64,000 nt of DNA, from sequence record MT129652.1; one strand, given 5' to 3'. Below, in pieces: positions 63,452 through 64,000 of the stretch. The DNA is from Escherichia phage MN01. A program made the translations under genes and the position numbers. The stretch's first letter is position 1. Each line of letters starts with the position of its first letter. Below the pieces are notes generated by a model. The model saw only the letters and a list, made by a program, of their open reading frames with translations. It searched no databases and had not been told where the DNA came from.

Positions 63452-63935
63452 ACAAACAATTGCTAAAGATGGCTCGGCTCGTGGTATTGTCCACGGGCTA
63501 GGTCACACGCCTGAATACATTGTATGGATTGGCATGAAAGCTCGGTGTTGCAATCCAACACATATTAGTTATTCTCGATATGGCGGTCGGGGTATCACTG
63601 TTTGCGATGAATGGCTGCATGATTTTGAAAGATTTTATACAGATATGGGGCCACGACCCACTGACAAACATCAACTTGACCGAACAGATAACGATAAAGG
63701 GTACTCTCCCGATAACTGCAGATGGGTTAGTCCAGGCGAGAATGCTTTAAATAAGCGCCCGTATAATAACAACAAGTCTGGATTTAAAGGAGTCTCGTTT
63801 GATAAACGAGCTTTGAATAAACCATGGCGAGCCACTATTATGCGAAATAAAAAACAAATTCAAGTCGGAGCTTTTGCAACTCCAGAAGAAGCAAATGAAG
63901 CTCGATTAAAATATATGGAAGAACACAATGTCTAA
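63444..63935 (+). CDS. HNH endonuclease domain protein with C-terminal AP2-like DNA-binding domain
   Basis: YSPDNCRWVSPGENALNK (HNH_3-like) followed by NKSGFKGVSFDKRALNKPWRA...GAFATPEEANEA (AP2-like); 163 aa. Confidence 0.6.
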   Translation: MIKQTIAKDGSARGIVHGLGHTPEYIVWIGMKARCCNPTHISYSRYGGRGITVCDEWLHDFERFYTDMGPRPTDKHQLDRTDNDKGYSPDNCRWVSPGENALNKRPYNNNKSGFKGVSFDKRALNKPWRATIMRNKKQIQVGAFATPEEANEARLKYMEEHNV

Positions 63936-64000
63936 AGAAATGTTAGGTTTCCAAGCACGTGTAGTTGAAGAATATGACCAGCTGGTTTTGAAAATCAATG
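63928..64000 (+). CDS. Partial CDS (5-prime end), hypothetical
   Basis: ATG overlapping the upstream stop; open to the window edge (MSKEMLGFQARVVEEYDQLVLKIN...). Confidence 0.35.
   Translation, partial: MSKEMLGFQARVVEEYDQLVLKIN

Overview
This 64 kb window is a contiguous early/middle-gene region of a T4-like (T-even type) myovirus, read in the opposite orientation to the T4 map so that almost every gene is on the + strand. All identifications rest on reading the supplied translations against remembered T4 proteins and on motifs visible in the sequence; no database search was run. Recognisable gene order: nudE, e (lysozyme), two internal-head-protein-like genes flanking denV, a regB-like gene, tk, nrdC, gene 49 (endonuclease VII), an NrdH-like glutaredoxin, 55 (late sigma factor), 47, 46, a minus-strand HNH endonuclease, rpbA, 45, 44, 62, regA, 43 (DNA polymerase), an Imm-like protein, uvsX, 40, 41, a Spackle-like protein, 61, 56, soc, modA/modB-like ADP-ribosyltransferases, an srd-like gene, dda, dexA, a single fused gene 39 topoisomerase subunit, rIIA, rIIB. 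About 80 small hypothetical ORFs fill the gaps. The most notable departures from T4: no dCMP hydroxymethylase or glucosyltransferases at their syntenic loci although the gp56 dCTPase is kept; no nrdD/nrdG near gene 49; no dam between 61 and 56, where two minus-strand membrane-protein paralogs sit instead; a membrane/lipoprotein cluster next to imm; and accessory candidates (macro-domain protein, nucleotidyltransferase-fold protein, TraR/DksA-like zinc finger, possible 2OG-Fe oxygenase). Regulatory structure is rich: two recurring promoter-leader cassettes, MotA-box middle promoters, TATAAATA late promoters, UUCG-loop terminators, and hairpins that sequester the ribosome-binding sites of e, 49 and denV. 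A 40-bp tandem duplication lies at the junction upstream of dexA. No single candidate could be singled out as the undescribed system; the accessory candidates are ranked in the findings.
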